From: a virus
IMG/VR virus record: IMGVR_UViG_3300035182_000466
Location: 1-64,000 of that record
DNA length: 64,000 nt
Reading direction: 5' to 3' (one strand)
Notes under the pieces: model-generated
Database searches by the model: none
Seen by the model: only the letters and a program-made list of their open reading frames with translations
Told to the model about the DNA's origin: nothing
In this document: in pieces, positions 60,347 through 64,000 of the stretch
How the letters are laid out: every line of letters begins with the position of its first letter
Numbering within the stretch: position 1 is the stretch's first letter
Program-made: the position numbers and the translations under genes

Positions 60347-61384
60347 ATGAAATATTTAATATTAGTATTATCAGTACTATTAGTTCCAACTTTTTGCTTT
60401 TCTGACTCTACTGTTAATCCTAAGCAACCTTATAAGGTTGCTACTATTATTTCATACACTTTAGAAAAATATTTAGATGAGAAGGAGTCCAGAGATAAAA
60501 CTCCTTTCATTAGGAATACTTTAAACAGTAAAGGAAATCTTAAATTTTGGTTTTTAAATTATTCTTTACTATTATCACAAGAAGAAATTAATCGTAGGAT
60601 AGACTTGTTGGATAAACAAGTAGAAAAATTTAATCCTGATATTATATTAGTTTATGGTGTAGTAGCTTTTGAACATTATTTAAGCTCTAAACTATATCCA
60701 AGAGGCTACACAAATACAATCTTTTATTGTATCCCTGATTATTATTATAGGGAATTAGCTTTAAAGTATCCTTATACCAAGTATAAAAAATTAATGAATG
60801 GTACTATCATAGATTATAACTTTAAGTTTATAAAAACCTTTTTAGCAGAGCGAGATGTTGTATATAAAAATATTTATGTTTTTAGAAATTCAAGATCTCC
60901 AGATAAAAATGTTATTTCAGATATAAAAGAGTATTTTCCTTCTGTAGAAGAGGTTATAGTTGATACAGATGAAGAATTAAAGTCCAAATTAGAATCTCTT
61001 CAAGATAAAGATGTTTCAATTTTAATATTTGTAGGAGCTTATCTTAAGTCAGTAAGTAATAACCGGTATATGATAGATTCTGAAATTGCAGATTTAATAA
61101 AACATTATAATAAGAAACATATAGAAATTTCTTTGTTGCGGAACTTAGCTAAATATGGAGTTTTATCATCCTATATTATTTTAAACACTAAAGATTTTTT
61201 ATTAGACCCTGAAGAAACTTGCAACAAGATATTTTATAGAAAGTATCATAAATTAGATATTCCTTTATCTGATCAAATAGGACATTTACAACCTTCATTA
61301 TTCTTAAATAATAACAGAGCTAAGGAATTAAAGCTAGATTTTATTTTAAATAAACCAGAGGGTATAGCAGATGTCTATTATTGA
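60347..61384 (+). CDS. Secreted ABC_sub_bind-like ligand-binding protein
   Basis: Signal peptide MKYLILVLSVLLVPTFCFS; FNPDIILVYG..A; C-terminal LFLNNNRAKELKLDF resembles INxxxAxxLG. Confidence 0.55.
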   Translation: MKYLILVLSVLLVPTFCFSDSTVNPKQPYKVATIISYTLEKYLDEKESRDKTPFIRNTLNSKGNLKFWFLNYSLLLSQEEINRRIDLLDKQVEKFNPDIILVYGVVAFEHYLSSKLYPRGYTNTIFYCIPDYYYRELALKYPYTKYKKLMNGTIIDYNFKFIKTFLAERDVVYKNIYVFRNSRSPDKNVISDIKEYFPSVEEVIVDTDEELKSKLESLQDKDVSILIFVGAYLKSVSNNRYMIDSEIADLIKHYNKKHIEISLLRNLAKYGVLSSYIILNTKDFLLDPEETCNKIFYRKYHKLDIPLSDQIGHLQPSLFLNNNRAKELKLDFILNKPEGIADVYY

Positions 61385-61664
61385 TAAGATAAAATCCTTG
61401 GACAGAGTTTATATTATTTTAATAATAATGTCTTTATTATTAGCAGCATCTATTTTTTCTAACATAGAAAAATCTTTCTTTGTACCAAAAGAAGTAGACT
61501 CTGCTGTTTCTGAAAATCTTGGCAGTTATAAACTAGGAAAAGTGTGTTATGATAAACAAGGCTTAACTGTTTGCGAAGATATCGACTTAAAAGTATATAA
61601 AATTACCATGTATTCAGAAGGAGATAATTCTAATCTTCCTATTTTATATATAAAACTTAAGTAG
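61371..61664 (+). CDS. Small single-TM membrane protein
   Basis: Hydrophobic VYIILIIMSLLLAASIF; overlaps the upstream stop. Confidence 0.65.
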   Translation: MSIIDKIKSLDRVYIILIIMSLLLAASIFSNIEKSFFVPKEVDSAVSENLGSYKLGKVCYDKQGLTVCEDIDLKVYKITMYSEGDNSNLPILYIKLK

Positions 61665-61673
61665 GAGTAATTT

Positions 61674-62345
61674 ATGGATGAACTTTTAAAAGTACTCCAA
61701 AGACTAGTTGGATCTGATACTGCTATTCTTGCAGTCTCTATAATAGGTATTTTATGGTATAAAGATCAGATAAAACCTAGTCTTGAAAAGAAAAATGAAT
61801 ATGAAACTACCTTAATGGAGAAAACTAAGATATTACTTACAAAAGACGATTTAATTTCGCTTAAAATAGGTAATACTGAAGAGATTGTAGAAAAAATAGC
61901 TGACAAGATTAAAGACTTACTTGAAGACTATCAACAAGATATAAAAGAAGCTAAAATAAAATCTGAAGAGATAAAAGCTATTTTAAAGGGTCCTTTAAAA
62001 GATGATATTCAAAAGATAAAATCAATCTTAGAATCAATGCAACTAAATATCTCTGAACATGATGTAAGAGTAGATTTTTCAGAAAGAATAATAGAAGATG
62101 TAAAAGAAACCTTATCTATTATTTATAGTCTTGTTGATAAGATTTTATCTCAGTTAGAGACTAAAGGTTTAGTAGATAAAATAGATAGAGTAGACTTTAA
62201 CAAATCTAACATCTCATCAAAAGATATAATGAATATATTGGATATGATGGGTAGAATAGCTCCTAGAGAACGAAAAAGAGATTCTAAATTAAGTAGATTA
62301 ACTAGAAGTAGTAGAGACTTTTCAGGAGAAGAAGACTATGAATAG
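61674..62345 (+). CDS. Single-TM coiled-coil protein
   Basis: TM AILAVSIIGILWY followed by a heptad-rich region; AGGAG RBS. Confidence 0.7.
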   Translation: MDELLKVLQRLVGSDTAILAVSIIGILWYKDQIKPSLEKKNEYETTLMEKTKILLTKDDLISLKIGNTEEIVEKIADKIKDLLEDYQQDIKEAKIKSEEIKAILKGPLKDDIQKIKSILESMQLNISEHDVRVDFSERIIEDVKETLSIIYSLVDKILSQLETKGLVDKIDRVDFNKSNISSKDIMNILDMMGRIAPRERKRDSKLSRLTRSSRDFSGEEDYE

Positions 62346-63225
62346 ATTTAGTTTAGAGTTAGCTCGATTAATCTTAGATCTAGAAATGCAGGCAGATAAA
62401 CTTGTAAATGAATCTGTGGTAAATAAGATGTTATGTTGTTGTAGATCTAGACTGCTTAATAACTATATATCTACTTGTCAACTTATGGCTATAAAATTTG
62501 TAGGAAAAATTATAAAATTTAAAGAAGACTTTGATGTACAAAAGACAACAGTAAAAGATTTACGTCATTGGTTTTATTTAGAGAACTATTCTAAGATGTA
62601 CATTAAAAATGCTGTTTCAAATAAAATGATTCTTTTGTTACACCTCTTACAGTCTAAATCAGATAATAGATTTTTTGACCGATTTGAAGTTATGTTTGAT
62701 GAAATAGTACATAGTTTCCAAGGAGAAGAAGAAGATTATTTTAAAAATAGTATATCAAAGATTTTTGATGAATTACAAGACTGGATGGATGACCATATAC
62801 TAGGATTATTAAGTTTAAAGATAAATTGCATGGCTATTGATAATAAGATTCTTGAAGATTATAAAGAGCTTCTAGGATTTAACTCAGAAACAGATGAACA
62901 TAATCTGTATCAAAATTTAGAAGGAATGTGTGGATCAAAACATCTATATGACACTGGAGAAATATTGCACTTGTATTTAACAGAAGAAAATATACTAGAC
63001 GCTATGCCTTGTGAATATACTACTTTAATAACTAAGTATCATGAAAATCCAAATAAAATAGAGCTTATACTTGATTTCCAGTTGTTAGAAAAACCTATAA
63101 TATGCGATGGAACTCATTTATCAGTACTCGAGAGAAATTTGAATAAATTTGGTTCAGTTAAAATAGTAAATCATGAACTTATTACTTTTACTAAGGATTT
63201 TAAACATAAATACTTATTAGCATAG
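62338..63225 (+). CDS. Helical protein with possible C-terminal STAS-like domain
   Basis: IELILDFQLL...DGTHLSVL...GSVKIVN loosely resembles the STAS pattern; overlaps the upstream stop. Confidence 0.4.
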   Translation: MNRFSLELARLILDLEMQADKLVNESVVNKMLCCCRSRLLNNYISTCQLMAIKFVGKIIKFKEDFDVQKTTVKDLRHWFYLENYSKMYIKNAVSNKMILLLHLLQSKSDNRFFDRFEVMFDEIVHSFQGEEEDYFKNSISKIFDELQDWMDDHILGLLSLKINCMAIDNKILEDYKELLGFNSETDEHNLYQNLEGMCGSKHLYDTGEILHLYLTEENILDAMPCEYTTLITKYHENPNKIELILDFQLLEKPIICDGTHLSVLERNLNKFGSVKIVNHELITFTKDFKHKYLLA

Positions 63226-63236
63226 AAGGTACATAG

Positions 63237-64000
63237 ATGATATTAACTAACAAAAAAGTAGAACCAGAGGAGTATGAGATAAACACTCCGTGTAAATATT
63301 TTGGGGTAAAAATAATCTTAATATTTAGCATGACTTCAATCCTTTGGATATTTAGTATGCAAGCTCTAGGCTTGGTTAATACTTATACTTTTTTAATCTA
63401 CATTTTAGTTTATACAGTACTTTTGTACCTATTAATTTATCAGGACATTAATTACGTAGTTCAAGCTAAAGAAAAACTATCTGTAATTACTACAAATCTA
63501 ATAGATTCAAAACGCGCTTTTTATCTTGTATTTAATAATAGCCTAGTAGGTGTATGCTTAATAGAAAATAAAAAGATAATCAAGGCTAATGAAAAATTCT
63601 TAACTTTATTTAAGATAAAAGAAGAAGAAATATCCCAATTTTCTTGTTACAACATTTTTAGTTCAAATAAAGAATATAAAGATTTATGTTTTATTTGTTC
63701 TAATCTTCCTGTTGATACTACGAAGACTTTAGTTAGAGAAATAAAATTATTAAGTTCTGATGGATCATATTTTTGGGCTAAAGTTAGTTCTAAAGCACTA
63801 ACTAAAGATCCAATGTTGAAAATTGCTTTAATTATACAAGACATAACGGAGTTTAAAGAGTCTGAAGATAAACTTAATAGGATTGCATTTAAAGACCCTT
63901 TAACCAATTTAAACAATAGAGTAAGTTTTAACTTAAAAATTCAAAAGCTTATAACTGAAGAAGAAGTAGATAAGTTTGGTGTGTTATTCTTGGATCTTGA
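63237..64000 (+). CDS. Membrane PAS/PAC-GGDEF protein (probable diguanylate cyclase), truncated by window end
   Basis: Manual translation from ATG 63237 gives two TM helices, PAS (VFNNSLVGVCLI...KANEKF), PAC (DGSYFWAKVS...IIQDITE), then IAFKDPLTNLNNR...FGVLFLDL, the canonical start of a GGDEF domain. Confidence 0.88.
   Translation, partial: MILTNKKVEPEEYEINTPCKYFGVKIILIFSMTSILWIFSMQALGLVNTYTFLIYILVYTVLLYLLIYQDINYVVQAKEKLSVITTNLIDSKRAFYLVFNNSLVGVCLIENKKIIKANEKFLTLFKIKEEEISQFSCYNIFSSNKEYKDLCFICSNLPVDTTKTLVREIKLLSSDGSYFWAKVSSKALTKDPMLKIALIIQDITEFKESEDKLNRIAFKDPLTNLNNRVSFNLKIQKLITEEEVDKFGVLFLDL

Noticed and set aside
1-64000. Stop-codon reassignment (TAG in the two pseudogenes)
   Set aside because: Long genes are intact in the standard code and many end at TAG directly against the next gene. 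The pseudogenes also contain frameshifts.

Overview
This window looks like a segment of an AT-rich jumbo-bacteriophage genome read in the standard code, with AGGAG/GGAG ribosome-binding sites. It has four parts. (1) 1-22372, minus strand: a packaging/head block. It holds the terminase large subunit (1..2127, running off the window and missing from the ORF track), two paralogous HNH nucleases, two ParB/Srx-like proteins, a type IB topoisomerase, probable neck/adaptor proteins and many small proteins sharing a basic-hydrophobic N-terminal leader. (2) 22547-25700: a RuvC-like nuclease and a basic protein, then an ORF-free, GC-elevated, densely base-paired element of about 1.3 kb (23911-25203) that looks like a large + strand ncRNA, then an origin-like cluster of DNA hairpins. 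(3) 25743-60343, plus strand: an unusually large fibre/adhesin cluster with a collagen-like protein, a 4341-aa protein with about 44 carbohydrate-binding-like repeats, seven Mtd_N-like proteins, Kelch, C1q, a methyltransferase-GT9 fusion and a permuted NlpC/P60. (4) 60347-64000: a tightly packed operon resembling a c-di-GMP signalling module, made of a periplasmic binding-like protein, two membrane proteins, a STAS-like protein and a TM-PAS-GGDEF protein cut by the window end (also missing from the ORF track). The best novelty candidates are the large structured RNA and the phage-borne diguanylate cyclase module. All family calls come from motif recognition by eye; no searches or folding programs were run.
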